This document shows, piece after piece, positions 38,778-49,840 of a stretch of DNA of 64,000 nt. Made by a program: the position numbers and the translations under genes. This DNA is from an uncultured Gammaproteobacteria bacterium (lineage in GTDB: Bacteria > Patescibacteriota > Patescibacteriia > Magasanikbacterales > UBA922), in the NCBI GenBank assembly GCA_964522405.1, contig CAZFTR010000004.1:22349-86348 (forward strand), in the 5' to 3' direction. Each line of letters opens with the position of its first letter. Within the stretch, counting starts at the first letter, position 1. Below the pieces are notes generated by a model. That model was not told the origin of the DNA. It searched no databases and saw only the letters and a list, made by a program, of their open reading frames with translations.

Positions 38778-39356
38778 CTACTTATCGCTTCGCAAACTAA
38801 GATCATAGACAATCCCTTCTATTTTTCTACTAGCTTGCTTTGCTTGATCAAATTTCGTTCTTAGATATCTGGTTAAATCAAATTCTATGAGCTCGCCAAT
38901 AATTTTCTCTGCCATTTCTGCACATTTTTGTACTGTTTGATGGTCTTTTACAGTTGCTGCTCTTACAGCGTATCTCTGCAGCTCTCCAGGCACGTCACAA
39001 AGCCCAGCCAGATATAACTCTGGAACAATTTCAAAATCTTTTATAGTTCCGATTTTACCTGTTTTAACAAACTGCATCATAAGTACCGCCTCAACATACT
39101 CCTCTACTCCAGCCTTGTATGCACCCTCTTGGGTGATCTCTGGATTTTTCTGATATTTTTTATGAAGTGCTTTGAAAATTCCCAAAGCTTCTTTTATTTT
39201 TAACTCAGCTTCTTTTAGATTTCCCCGATGGATAGCAAAAATCGCTCTTTTGGAGTGATGAAGCGCGTCACCTGATAACTTAATTATATCTCTCCTGATA
39301 AGGGCGTATTGGTGAAGTCCTTTTTTGATTGAACGTAGGTTTTTCTTATCTAGCAT
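38778..39356 (-). CDS. Hypothetical protein (possibly translin-like)
   Basis: 192-aa helical ORF; YLAGLCDVPGELQRYAVRA is reminiscent of translin, but the similarity is weak. Confidence 0.4.
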   Translation of the reverse strand: MLDKKNLRSIKKGLHQYALIRRDIIKLSGDALHHSKRAIFAIHRGNLKEAELKIKEALGIFKALHKKYQKNPEITQEGAYKAGVEEYVEAVLMMQFVKTGKIGTIKDFEIVPELYLAGLCDVPGELQRYAVRAATVKDHQTVQKCAEMAEKIIGELIEFDLTRYLRTKFDQAKQASRKIEGIVYDLSLRSDK

Positions 39357-39379
39357 AGATTCTTAATAATAATTTTAAA

Positions 39380-42076
39380 TTAAACTATTTTGCGCTCTTT
39401 GACAATAAAAATACCCTTTACAATTTCTATCAAGGTGATATTTAAAAGACCAAACAGCAATAGGACTAACCAATAATTAATTGACAATGGCACAGTTCGC
39501 AGCAAAGTCTGTAAAATAGGTAAATGCACAGCACCTATAAGCAGAAGCCACCCAAATAATAATGAATAGTTAAGATACTTATTTCCAAACAGATTCATTT
39601 GCCAAATATGATACCTCATACTTCTAACTGAGTAGATGTAGAGTAATGAATCAATACCAAGTCCCACAAAAATAATTGTTCTAGTTAACTCAATATTGCC
39701 GGTTGTCTTGTAAAAATAAATAAATAATCCCAGCAAAACAATATTTGAAACTATGGTGATAATTGCAATCATATACTTCATTTCTTTATCAATAATCGGC
39801 TCGTTTTTCTTTCTTGGGTTTTTTTTCATATTTTCTTTTTCACTCTCATCAAATGCTAGCGCCATATTTGGAAAAGCATCTTCAACAATATTTACCCATA
39901 AAATTTGAGCCGGTAAAACTGCCAGTGGCATGCCCAGTACAAGACTTGCAGCAATCAGTATAACCTCTGCAAAACTCCCTGAAAGCAGATACAAAACAAC
40001 CTTTTTGATATTTTGATAAATTCCCCTACCCTCTTCTACTGAAGAAACAATAGTACTATAGGCATTGTTCATAAGAACTATATCAGCTGACTCCTTGGCA
40101 ACATCTGTTCCAGAACCAAGAGCAACGCCAATATCTGCGGCCTTGATAGCTGGAGCATCGTTTACTCCATCTCCTGTCATGGCCACCACATCACCATTTG
40201 CCTGAAAAGCCCTAACAATACGAATTTTATGAACCGGATCAACCCGAGCAAAAATACTTACATTCTTAACAGCAGAACGCAATTCAACATCGCTCATATG
40301 TTCAAGCTGCTGCCCATCAAAAATATTGTTAATATTATGAGATAAACCAATCTGCTTGGCAATTGATTGAGCTGTTTTGACATGATCTCCAGTAATCATT
40401 ACTGTCTTGATTCCAGCAGTATGAGCAAGAGAAATAGTTTGACTAACCTCAGCGCGAATTGGATCAGAAAGAGCAGCCAAACCAACAAAAACCAAATTTT
40501 CTATTTGATTATCACTTAATTTATCCTGTTTTTTGGCAGACTGTTTATAAGCAAGAGCAATAACCCGAAGTCCTTTTTCAGTTAATTTCCTGTGCTTTTC
40601 TTCAAAAAAACCAATTTGCTTAGCTGTCATTTTCTGAGCTTTTCCATCTTTCTCAAAAAAACCAGATTTGGAAAGCAAAATTTCAGGTGCACCCTTTATA
40701 TAAGTTATATATTCATGATCTATATTTTCAAGTTTAGCAATGTACTTTCTTTCACTGGAAAAAGGAATTTCATCAATTTTTTTCATTGAAGACTCAAGTG
40801 ATTCCTTGGTGTAGCCAATATTCAATCCAGCATAGAGAAATGCACTATCAGTACTGTCTCCGACAAATTCAATATGGGCGCGTTGATCATTTGCTGGCAA
40901 ACTAACAGCATCATTTGCTATGACACCGATTTTAATAGCAAAAACTGCATCTTCATGCTTTCCAGGCTTTTCAGCACTTAAGCTCTTAATTTTATCAAAG
41001 TCCAAATGATCATTTTCAGTAATTATCTGGGTAACTCTCATTTTTCCTTCGGTAATAGTCCCGGTTTTGTCTGTACAAATAACATTTACTGATCCAAGAG
41101 TTTCAGCTGCTACCAACCTACGCACAAGTGCCTTTCGTTTGAGAATATTTCTCATACCAACAGCCAAAATAACAGTCAAAGTAATTGCCATACCCTCAGG
41201 AATAGCAGCAACAGCAAGAACAACAGCAATTTCAAACATTTCTACGACACTATGATGAATTTTGGTTGTAAAAATTCCAAATAAAAAAATAAGGGAAGAA
41301 ATAGAAACAACAATAATTGCAATATACTTACTCAATCTTCCCAGTTGAATCTGCAAAGGCGTCTTATCTTCTTTGGTTTCTTTTACAAGAGAGGCAATTT
41401 TGCCAATTTGAGTTTTACTACCAGTTTCAGTTACCACAATTACTGCTCGTCCATTTAGGATTATAGTTCCTCGGTGGAGCATATTTTTGCGATCAGCCAT
41501 GTTAGTTTTCTCAGCAATCTTGTTTTTGTGCTTTGAAACCGGCTCAGACTCACCAGTTAGTGAAGACTCATCCACCTCACAATCAACAGCCTCAATAATT
41601 CGTCCATCAGCCTGTATTTTATCCCCTGCCTCAAGAATTAGAATATCTCCTTGGACAACAAGCTTACTACTTATATATTCTTTTTTTCCGGCTCGAAGCA
41701 CCAGAGCCTTACTCTCAATCATCTGATGTAATTTTTTTAGAGATTCATTTGCCTTGTCTTCTTGTATAAACCCGACAACCGTATTCATAGCAACAGTTAT
41801 GAAAATAACTGTCATATCCAAAACCTCTCCCACTAAACCGCTAACAACTCCGGCAATCAGAAGAATAAGAATAAGCGGACTGGTAAATTGGTCAAAGAAA
41901 ATCTTGACTCTACTACTTATTTCTCCAGAGCTGGGCAGAGTATTGGGTCCAAAAAAATTAAGCCTTTTTTCAGCGGCTTTGTCAGAAAGTCCATCCTTGG
42001 AACTATTTACCTCCTCGAGAACCTGTGATATACTTTTTGAGTAAAAATCCATAAAATATGTACAAAATCTTGACAT
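39380..42076 (-). CDS. Cation-transporting P-type ATPase (P2A, Ca2+/Mg2+ type)
   Basis: DKTGTIT phosphorylation site, MITGDHVKTAQ and GDGVNDAPAIK. Confidence 0.9.
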   Translation of the reverse strand: MSRFCTYFMDFYSKSISQVLEEVNSSKDGLSDKAAEKRLNFFGPNTLPSSGEISSRVKIFFDQFTSPLILILLIAGVVSGLVGEVLDMTVIFITVAMNTVVGFIQEDKANESLKKLHQMIESKALVLRAGKKEYISSKLVVQGDILILEAGDKIQADGRIIEAVDCEVDESSLTGESEPVSKHKNKIAEKTNMADRKNMLHRGTIILNGRAVIVVTETGSKTQIGKIASLVKETKEDKTPLQIQLGRLSKYIAIIVVSISSLIFLFGIFTTKIHHSVVEMFEIAVVLAVAAIPEGMAITLTVILAVGMRNILKRKALVRRLVAAETLGSVNVICTDKTGTITEGKMRVTQIITENDHLDFDKIKSLSAEKPGKHEDAVFAIKIGVIANDAVSLPANDQRAHIEFVGDSTDSAFLYAGLNIGYTKESLESSMKKIDEIPFSSERKYIAKLENIDHEYITYIKGAPEILLSKSGFFEKDGKAQKMTAKQIGFFEEKHRKLTEKGLRVIALAYKQSAKKQDKLSDNQIENLVFVGLAALSDPIRAEVSQTISLAHTAGIKTVMITGDHVKTAQSIAKQIGLSHNINNIFDGQQLEHMSDVELRSAVKNVSIFARVDPVHKIRIVRAFQANGDVVAMTGDGVNDAPAIKAADIGVALGSGTDVAKESADIVLMNNAYSTIVSSVEEGRGIYQNIKKVVLYLLSGSFAEVILIAASLVLGMPLAVLPAQILWVNIVEDAFPNMALAFDESEKENMKKNPRKKNEPIIDKEMKYMIAIITIVSNIVLLGLFIYFYKTTGNIELTRTIIFVGLGIDSLLYIYSVRSMRYHIWQMNLFGNKYLNYSLLFGWLLLIGAVHLPILQTLLRTVPLSINYWLVLLLFGLLNITLIEIVKGIFIVKERKIV

Positions 42077-42121
42077 TTAATGGATTATAGTATATCATAT
42101 TGCTTACTTACTATAAACAGC

Positions 42122-42194
42122 GGTCCGGTAGCTCAGCTGGTAGAGCAGCAGCCTTTTAAGCTGATGGTCGTGGGTTCGAGCCCCACCCGGATCA
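42122..42194 (+). tRNA. tRNA-Lys (anticodon UUU)
   Basis: 73-nt cloverleaf with acceptor GGTCCGG/CCGGATC, GTTCGAGCC T-arm and anticodon loop CTTTTAA. Followed by an AAAACTCTGCAT-tatg-CAGAGTTTT terminator. Confidence 0.85.
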
Positions 42195-42731
42195 CATTTT
42201 AAAACTCTGCATTATGCAGAGTTTTAGATTTTACCATTTAGAGTCGTCAGGCGCCTTTTTGAAATTAACTGCTTATATTTGCTTATCTAGACCCTCTCCA
42301 AGGTCGTTCATTTTTTGGATTTGCATTAAATACAATCTCCTCTATCTCTCGCAACTTTTGAGCCACTGCATCATTAGCTTCGGTAGGAAGATTTGCAGAT
42401 GCTTTCATCTTCAATTCAACATAAGCATTCATTACACCTTCGAAATCCCCACCACCTTCTTGAATGGCAGCGACCCTCTCATGATGTGCTTATAATCCTT
42501 CTGACATATTTTCAGTTTAAAAATTATAAATAAACCATATCAGATTATGAGTATCATTGCAATAATATTTGATTTTCTACCAATTAGGCAAATTAAGATA
42601 TAAGGCATACGTTGTTTTACTAATATCAAGCTGTTAATACATCCAATCAGTTTTTTATCATGCTCTAAAGTGTTCCAGCCTAATCCCAAATAAATCAGAT
42701 ATCATCGCCCTGCGGGCTACGTCATGGGAGC

Positions 42732-42768
42732 AAAACAAAAATGCACCTAGGGGGCGCATTTTTGTTTT
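42732..42768. terminator. Bidirectional terminator with a 13-bp stem
   Basis: AAAACAAAAATGC-acctagggggc-GCATTTTTGTTTT. Confidence 0.6.
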
Positions 42769-42782
42769 AGAATATATATTTA

Positions 42783-43880
42783 CTACCTCAACTCAGTCTC
42801 AATATTAATCTCTCCATGCATATCTTCAAGCATCTTTTGTTTAATATCTTCATATTTTGTCTTTTGAGCAAGTAACCAGGCCATTTTCACAGTCATGGAT
42901 TCAATACTCATATCATGCGCTGGAATTGCCAGGTCATGTTCTCTTAGATATGGACCAGTTACATTTACCTGAAAATTGGAAATACCATTTGGCGCTTGAG
43001 TGGTAACAACAATTGGAATTTTCTTTTTCTTAAGATATTCAAAGGCTGGAAATAAATGCTCACTTGGATCCCCAGCACCAAAAGACCGAAAAATAAAAGC
43101 TTTTATTCCATTGTTTTCCACTAATGACTGAAATAAATCAACTTTCATGCCAGGAAATTCAGTCAAGGAAGCAATACTTTTTGTATCAAAATCTTTTTTC
43201 ACACTTAGTACTCTAGATTGGATTGCCAAAGGCATATATTTTGACAGGTATTCAGTATGTTTTTTGAGTGCTGGCTCATTTATCCTCATAAATCTGCCAA
43301 TATTTCCAAGTGATCCTGTTTGAAAAGCTTTGAAAGGATCATAATCAAAATCTGTCCCCTTCTTTACTCTAGATCCAGTAATAATCTTACTTCCAAACAC
43401 AGCCATTACTCCTTTTATATCATGGTAACCCCAAACAGCCATTCTCAGAGAATTTACAAGATTGGTAACAGAATCAGTTCCAAGATACCCAAGAGGAACT
43501 TGCGCGCCGGTTAAAATTACAGGTTTGTTTATATTCTCAAGAGCAAAAGTAAGAGCTGCAGCAGTGTATCCCATTGTATTTGTTCCGTGCAATACAACAA
43601 AAGAGTCAAATTCATCATACTTACTTTGTATTTCTTCTATCAAAGTAGTCCAATTTTCTGGTTGCATATTTGAGCTGTCAATATTGAGAAGCTCAGAAAT
43701 AGATGCCTCAATTTCAATATTCCAATTTTTCTTAACAATATCTATTGAATTTTCAAGAACAGCCATAAAACTATTTGGATCATGTTTTACATTTTCAGAA
43801 ACATCGCTATGCGCTACATTCCCCGCCACTGTTCCACCTGTGAAAATAACTAGTATTCTCTTCTTAGTGTAAGTTGCCAT
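42783..43880 (-). CDS. Type I L-asparaginase
   Basis: N-terminal VIFTGGTVAG Thr-motif and asparaginase fold; 365 aa. Confidence 0.8.
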   Translation of the reverse strand: MATYTKKRILVIFTGGTVAGNVAHSDVSENVKHDPNSFMAVLENSIDIVKKNWNIEIEASISELLNIDSSNMQPENWTTLIEEIQSKYDEFDSFVVLHGTNTMGYTAAALTFALENINKPVILTGAQVPLGYLGTDSVTNLVNSLRMAVWGYHDIKGVMAVFGSKIITGSRVKKGTDFDYDPFKAFQTGSLGNIGRFMRINEPALKKHTEYLSKYMPLAIQSRVLSVKKDFDTKSIASLTEFPGMKVDLFQSLVENNGIKAFIFRSFGAGDPSEHLFPAFEYLKKKKIPIVVTTQAPNGISNFQVNVTGPYLREHDLAIPAHDMSIESMTVKMAWLLAQKTKYEDIKQKMLEDMHGEINIETELR

Positions 43881-44016
43881 AAATTTATATTATTTTATAA
43901 AATTTCAATATTCACACTTACAAACAGTATGAAGCATTGCAATAATTCAGTCAAATCTACCCAAAAAAATACAAATAAGCTATACTTAATACTGTTATTA
44001 AACAAACTAAATTATC

Positions 44017-44973
44017 ATGCTAGTAATCCTCCAATCCTCGCTTTCAATATTTGTATTGATCCTAATCGGGATTATCGCCCAAATAGTCGTCAACAAGAAA
44101 AAAACCAAAACCGAAATAATTCTTTGTAAAATAGGAATTAATTGTCATACCTGGACAGAAGTGCTCAACAAATTTGTACTCTATCTAGCTTTACCTGCTC
44201 TTATCTTCATGAGCCTGTCCAGCATTTCAACAGGCCAATTAATCAGCACAAAAATAATTTTGATAAACGCTGTTATTCTTGCTATTTTTATTCCTGTTCT
44301 GATTCTTGCGAGTAAATTTTTCAAAGCAAAAAAAGATATTGCTAATGCCTATATTTTTGGTGCTTTTTTTGGAAATGTAGCTTATATTGGCTTTCCTTTT
44401 GTAGGGTCGGTAATTCCTGGCTCTGAACCTGAAATCAGTATACTTGTTGCTATTCACGTACTTATTGCCTTTACTATTGGACTTTTTTATCTAGAGCACT
44501 CCAAGAGCTCTCATCATGGTTTTAAGAGTATAATTAAAAAAATAATCATGAATCCGCTTATTGGCGCGGTTCTCTTTGGTCTAATTGCCTTGTTCTTAAA
44601 TATAAATCTTCCACAAATACTTAGTAATGCCTTATCTATGCTAGCGGCTAGCGCCTCCCCTGTTGTTCTCATTGCTCTTGGCATGTTTATTGCTGATAAA
44701 ATCAAATTTGATAAAGAACTTTGGCATGCTGTTGCCATCAGTTCTATGAAATTGATTTTAATGCCGCTTATCTTTATTGTAGTTGCAATTACCCTCAAAC
44801 TAAAAGCTGAGTTTGATATATCAATCCTAGAAGCTGCCATGCCGGTTGCTTTGACCAACTTTGCACTTGCTGAAATTTACCCGATTGATAAAAAAATAAT
44901 TGCTAATTCGATAATAATAAGTACGGTTTTATCCTTGATTACTCTAACAGCTCTTTCTGTTATTCTTATCTAA
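44017..44973 (+). CDS. AEC-family (auxin efflux carrier-like) membrane transporter
   Basis: 318 aa, about 10 TM helices in two inverted repeats. Confidence 0.55.
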   Translation: MLVILQSSLSIFVLILIGIIAQIVVNKKKTKTEIILCKIGINCHTWTEVLNKFVLYLALPALIFMSLSSISTGQLISTKIILINAVILAIFIPVLILASKFFKAKKDIANAYIFGAFFGNVAYIGFPFVGSVIPGSEPEISILVAIHVLIAFTIGLFYLEHSKSSHHGFKSIIKKIIMNPLIGAVLFGLIALFLNINLPQILSNALSMLAASASPVVLIALGMFIADKIKFDKELWHAVAISSMKLILMPLIFIVVAITLKLKAEFDISILEAAMPVALTNFALAEIYPIDKKIIANSIIISTVLSLITLTALSVILI

Positions 44974-44976
44974 AAT

Positions 44977-45195
44977 ATGAATAATCTCAAACCAGGCATT
45001 TATGAGCATTACAAAGGAAAGCACTATCTGGTAATCTGTATTGCTAACCACAAAGAAACACTTGAGGAACTTGTCATTTATAAGCCGCTATATGAGTGTG
45101 AATTTGAATATTTTGCCCGCCCCCTATCTGAATTTACCGGTCTTGTTGAAATAGACGGAATTGAAAGAAAAAGATTTATCTTTGTTGAAAAATAA
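44977..45195 (+). CDS. DUF1653 protein
   Basis: GIYEHYKGKHYLVI...PLSEF pattern. Confidence 0.55.
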   Translation: MNNLKPGIYEHYKGKHYLVICIANHKETLEELVIYKPLYECEFEYFARPLSEFTGLVEIDGIERKRFIFVEK

Positions 45196-45198
45196 TAC

Positions 45199-45864
45199 CT
45201 AGACTTGCAGTTTATAACCTTTTTTGGGAACAGTGTGAATAAGCTTTTTATTGGATTTCTCATCTATCTTCTTTCGCAAATGGCGAATATGGACATCTAC
45301 AGTATTGGTGAAAGGATCAACATGCATATCCCAAACTTTTTCTAATATCATTTCTCTAGAGAGAACAGAACCAACATTTCGCATAAAATATTCAAGCAGT
45401 GCAAATTCCTTGTTTCGAAGTTTGATTTCTATACCATTTCTGGTTACTTTGCATGAACTTGTATCTAGTTTAAGATCTGCTACTTCTAAAATATTGTTAT
45501 AAAGAGGCAAACCTCGCCTATTCAAAGCTTTTAATCTAGCAGCCAACTCAGCAACATCAAAAGGCTTAGTAATATAGTCATCACAAAGCTTGAGAACTTC
45601 CAATTTGTTGTCTATATTGCCTTCAACTGTAGACATAATAATTGGCATAGATTTTTTGTGTACTCTAATTTTCTTAACAACCTCAAGACCTGTCATGCCA
45701 GGCATGTACATATCTACTATTACAGCGTCATATACCCCAATCAGAGCCTGTTTAAGGCCTTTTCCAGGATCTGCGATACTGTCTACTATCATTGACTCTG
45801 CTTCAAGCCCCTTTTTAACAAAATTTCTAATTTCTGCCTGGTCATCGATTATTAATACCTTCAT
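45199..45864 (-). CDS. OmpR-family response regulator (no adjacent histidine kinase)
   Basis: Receiver domain (DD...D...K) plus a winged-helix C-terminus. Confidence 0.85.
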   Translation of the reverse strand: MKVLIIDDQAEIRNFVKKGLEAESMIVDSIADPGKGLKQALIGVYDAVIVDMYMPGMTGLEVVKKIRVHKKSMPIIMSTVEGNIDNKLEVLKLCDDYITKPFDVAELAARLKALNRRGLPLYNNILEVADLKLDTSSCKVTRNGIEIKLRNKEFALLEYFMRNVGSVLSREMILEKVWDMHVDPFTNTVDVHIRHLRKKIDEKSNKKLIHTVPKKGYKLQV

Positions 45865-45993
45865 AAATTCCTTTTTTATTGAATAAATAGTATACTCTAG
45901 CTATACTATTATACATAAAGTATTTTTCAGCTACAATCAAAATATTAAATTTTTCTAAACTCTTGTCTCACAAGCGTTTAAACTTTAAAAAAT

Positions 45994-47499
45994 ATGAATA
46001 AAAATAAACTTCTTCTACTGGCTTCCACTATATTAACCATCTCTTTGCTCTTTGGAACTTCAAATCAAGCGCAGGCTGACAGTAAATATAATGGACTAAT
46101 TTTAAAAGGAGATATTGGTTCAGAAATATATTATGTTGCAACTGATGGTAAAAAATACGTTTTTCCAAATGAGCAGGTTTATTTTTCCTGGTTTCATAGC
46201 TTTTCTGTAGTAAAAACAGTGCCACAAATTGTTGTTGCTGAAATGCTTAATGGTGCAACTCAAGTAACCTTGTTTCCAGGAAACCAATTAGTTCAGTTTG
46301 GAAACAATCCAGAAGTTTATATGGTTAGAAGAAAAGCAACCCTAAGGTGGATACCAGATGAAAAAACTGCAGAAAAATTATCTGGAAAAAACTGGACCAA
46401 GCATATTATCAGGCTACCTGAAAATAATCTTAAATCATACAATATTGGTGAAGTGATTACAGACCCAGCTGAAATAGTTGGTCCATATGTCCTAAGACGA
46501 GCCCAATCAATAAATGATGAACTATCTTCAATGGGTTTTATCAAAAAAACTAAAAAGACTGGAGCTTCAAAATTAATTTTTACGGATAAACCAACTCTTG
46601 AGAGCATAAGTGAAAATCTTTCAGCAAATCTCAACCCATCTTTTTCAAAAGGTATTACCAGCTATACACTTACTGCAAAAAACACTGAAGAATCAATTGA
46701 ATTACTATCAAAAGCAACAAATGAAAATGCAACTATAAAAGTCAACGGAATAAAAGTCCCAAATGTTGCCATAAAATATAAACTAAATGAAGGAAGTAAC
46801 AAATTTACCATCAATGTAACTCTGGATAACGGAGAATCACTTAACTATATAATAAATGTAACCAGATTAAAGGTGGGCGCAATAGACAAATCAACACCTT
46901 CCTTAAGTTCCTTAAAGGAAAACCTAAAAGGAAATTTTTCTCCAGGATTTGCCTCAAATAAATACGAATACTCACTGCAAGCAGCATACAACGAAAGTAT
47001 AGTAGAAATAACTCCTGAGACAGAAGATGATGCTGTAATAACTATAGGCTCATACCAAAACCAAGCCAGATCTATTTATACCTCTCAAAAAGTAGTATCT
47101 GGAAAATCTCTACCAGTAGTAATATATCAGGGAGAAAATAAAATTAGAGTTGATGTAAAAAAAGCCAATGGAAGATCAAGAAATTATGTCATAAATGTCA
47201 ACAAAGTAGAATATGCAACTGCTGAGTATTCTCAGTTAAACTCAATAACGATCACTAATATCAAATCAATGATCCCATCCTTTGACCGAGTATTAACAGA
47301 TTATGAAGTCATAGCCCAAGGATCAGCCACCTCAGTAACTATAAAAGCTGTACCAAGAGATGGTCAATCAAAAGTTACCATAAACGGATCTCTGGGCCAA
47401 GAGAAAACAATCAATATAAAAGACGCAGCCCTAGTCACAATTGAGGTTGAATCAGTAGATGGTTTGAAAAAAATATACTATCTCAATATTTCCAAATAA
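45994..47499 (+). CDS. Secreted protein with repeated cadherin-like beta-sandwich domains
   Basis: Signal peptide, then three or more ~90-aa repeats (F.PGF....Y.L.V......V.V.....D.A...V.G). Confidence 0.55.
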   Translation: MNKNKLLLLASTILTISLLFGTSNQAQADSKYNGLILKGDIGSEIYYVATDGKKYVFPNEQVYFSWFHSFSVVKTVPQIVVAEMLNGATQVTLFPGNQLVQFGNNPEVYMVRRKATLRWIPDEKTAEKLSGKNWTKHIIRLPENNLKSYNIGEVITDPAEIVGPYVLRRAQSINDELSSMGFIKKTKKTGASKLIFTDKPTLESISENLSANLNPSFSKGITSYTLTAKNTEESIELLSKATNENATIKVNGIKVPNVAIKYKLNEGSNKFTINVTLDNGESLNYIINVTRLKVGAIDKSTPSLSSLKENLKGNFSPGFASNKYEYSLQAAYNESIVEITPETEDDAVITIGSYQNQARSIYTSQKVVSGKSLPVVIYQGENKIRVDVKKANGRSRNYVINVNKVEYATAEYSQLNSITITNIKSMIPSFDRVLTDYEVIAQGSATSVTIKAVPRDGQSKVTINGSLGQEKTINIKDAALVTIEVESVDGLKKIYYLNISK

Positions 47500-47551
47500 A
47501 TATTCTTTAACAAAAAATCAGCCTGGTCGGCTGATTTTTATTTTCTTAAAT

Positions 47552-48298
47552 TTATTCAAGTAACAAAAGCGCCAGCATGGCAACAATTCCCAGGATAAAA
47601 GAAATTAGTTGAATAGTAGATCTTGAAACTTTAAGTTCTTTGTGCAATTCCGGAATAAGATCAGCGCTAGCAATATAAATAAAAACACCTGCAGCAAAAG
47701 GAATAAAATAAAATACAAATTTATCAGTCTGATTTGCCAAAATAAAAGCAATCACGACACCTAAAAATGAAGTTAGAGCAGTAATGAAATTCAAAAAAAT
47801 AGCCTTTCTTCTGGAATATCCACCATGGACCAGTACTGCAAAATCACTAATCTCTTGAGGAATCTCATGCATGATAACCGCAAAAGTAGTGGCAATTCCT
47901 ACCGGAATACTTACCATATAGCTAGCTGCTATTATCAAACCATCAATAAAATTATGCACCCCATCCCCAATTAGATTTGTAATAGCAAAAGGATGGACAT
48001 GATGATTACCATGTTCTGAATGATGACAATGATGCCAATGTATAACTTTTTCCACCAGAAACATGACAATAATACCAAGAAGTACAGCAAGGGAAATTTG
48101 CAATGTAAAACCGGATTCTTCTACTGCTTCTGGTAAAAGATGAATAAAACTATCACCAATAAGGGTTCCGGCAGCAAAGCTAACTAGAAAAAAAATGAGA
48201 AGTTTAATTCTTTCTAATTTTAAACTCAAGAGAATTACTCCAGCCAATGAAATAAGACTGACCAGTAAAACACTTAATAATGAATATGTTAATATCAT
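47552..48298 (-). CDS. ZIP-family metal transporter (ZupT-like)
   Basis: His-rich loop HHCHHSEHGNHHVHP and the HEIPQE/HGG ZIP signature. Confidence 0.8.
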   Translation of the reverse strand: MILTYSLLSVLLVSLISLAGVILLSLKLERIKLLIFFLVSFAAGTLIGDSFIHLLPEAVEESGFTLQISLAVLLGIIVMFLVEKVIHWHHCHHSEHGNHHVHPFAITNLIGDGVHNFIDGLIIAASYMVSIPVGIATTFAVIMHEIPQEISDFAVLVHGGYSRRKAIFLNFITALTSFLGVVIAFILANQTDKFVFYFIPFAAGVFIYIASADLIPELHKELKVSRSTIQLISFILGIVAMLALLLLE

Positions 48299-48358
48299 AA
48301 TTCTTATATTTTATTTATTATGTTAAACATCTTAGCAGATTTAGCTCAAATAAGCAAA

Positions 48359-49177
48359 TTATTTTTTACAAACTGCCAGTAAATCCAGATACATACTTTC
48401 TCTGTACCCTACACTGAAATCATCTAGGCTGTACTTATCCAAAATAGATTTATCAAAATTTTCTGCCTGCAAAGTATTTACCGGACCATGCATTTCTTTA
48501 ATTTTTTTTAATTTAGAAATAAAAACATCAGGAGTAGCTTTTCTGATTTGATTTTTGATATAAATATCAAAAGGCCTCTGATGTACTCGATTTTTTTCAA
48601 TTTTATTGATTTCTTTGCTTCCATAAACACCCATAATGTCAATATCTGAAAATACTTTTTTTAAATCTTTTTTTAATTGTCTAACACTGTACTCCCTGAG
48701 ATGCTCAGGATGCCAAGGCTTTTGCATGGGCAGTAAACGATATTTTCTATTTGGAGTAGTTATCATTAGGATTCCACCAGGTTTTAAAACTCTTTTCAAT
48801 TCGGACAAATAGGCCTTAGTATCTTTGATATGCTCTATAACCTGAAATGAAGTAATAAGATCAAATGATCCACTTTCAAATCTAAGTTTAAAATCCGGAG
48901 TCACCAACTCAAAAGATAAATTTGCTGATTTGAAAGTCTCACTACAATATGCTATTGCATCTTTATTCACATCAACACCAATAACTGATTTTGCTTGTTC
49001 AGAAAGCAAATCAGAACCATAACCACTTCCACAACCAAAATCCAAGACATTCTTTCCTTCTGCCTGCCCGGTTGCATATTGATAAGCTTTTTTTTGTTTT
49101 AGAAAAAGTATATATTCCTCAAGATTCCTCCATTGGTCTTTTTCAGATATCAAACGATTTTGCACTATATTTGCCAT
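48359..49177 (-). CDS. Class I SAM-dependent methyltransferase
   Basis: VLDFGCGSGYGS motif I. Confidence 0.7.
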   Translation of the reverse strand: MANIVQNRLISEKDQWRNLEEYILFLKQKKAYQYATGQAEGKNVLDFGCGSGYGSDLLSEQAKSVIGVDVNKDAIAYCSETFKSANLSFELVTPDFKLRFESGSFDLITSFQVIEHIKDTKAYLSELKRVLKPGGILMITTPNRKYRLLPMQKPWHPEHLREYSVRQLKKDLKKVFSDIDIMGVYGSKEINKIEKNRVHQRPFDIYIKNQIRKATPDVFISKLKKIKEMHGPVNTLQAENFDKSILDKYSLDDFSVGYRESMYLDLLAVCKK

Positions 49178-49284
49178 AAAATCTTTATATTTAATTCAAC
49201 TGTATTATATCTAAATTAACCAAATTATAAAAGTAAAAAAACCCAGCCCCTAAATAGGAGCTGGGATATTGATAGTAAAATCAA

Positions 49285-49563
49285 TTATCTGTCACGTCGT
49301 GCATTCATGCACTCGCGGCAGTAAACTGGCTTGTCATTTGACGGTTGAAATGGAAGTTGGGTAATTTTTGTACCACATTCTCCACAATCAATATCTACGT
49401 CATATAGTCTGCGCTGTGGTCTGTTCTCACGACTTTGTCTAAATTCGCGATTACAATCAGCACAGTAAACAGGTCTGTCGCCAGATGGTTGAAATGGAAG
49501 TTGTGAAATGTGAGTATTACACTTAGCACAGCTTAGATCCACATCATACATTTGTCTGTCCAT
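49285..49563 (-). CDS. Tandem zinc-ribbon protein
   Basis: Two repeats of YDVD.xC.xC...QLPFQPS.D.PVYC..C. Confidence 0.55.
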   Translation of the reverse strand: MDRQMYDVDLSCAKCNTHISQLPFQPSGDRPVYCADCNREFRQSRENRPQRRLYDVDIDCGECGTKITQLPFQPSNDKPVYCRECMNARRDR

Positions 49564-49732
49564 AGTATGTTTTTTGTGTGTTTCTCAAATGAAGTTTGAG
49601 AAAATTTATAAATCGACCTTGTCGATTGGAAACGTCCTATGTCGAAGACAAATTCTCGTTGCCAATTGGTCTCTATAGTAGCATAAAATGAAGAAAAATG
49701 CAAGGGTGGCTGTTAATAAGAAATTAAATTCT

Positions 49733-49760
49733 TGACAAACCTCGTTTTTTATGCTATTTT
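49733..49760 (+). promoter_or_regulatory. Promoter of island I (TTGACA-N16-TATTTT)
   Basis: Lies upstream of the AGAGGAGAA SD at 49827-49835. Confidence 0.4.
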
Positions 49761-49840
49761 CAGATATCAATGATCCGAAACTCTAATGTTTTCGCTGTGC
49801 ACAAAAATTGCTCATAACGAGAACCTTAGAGGAGAACCTG

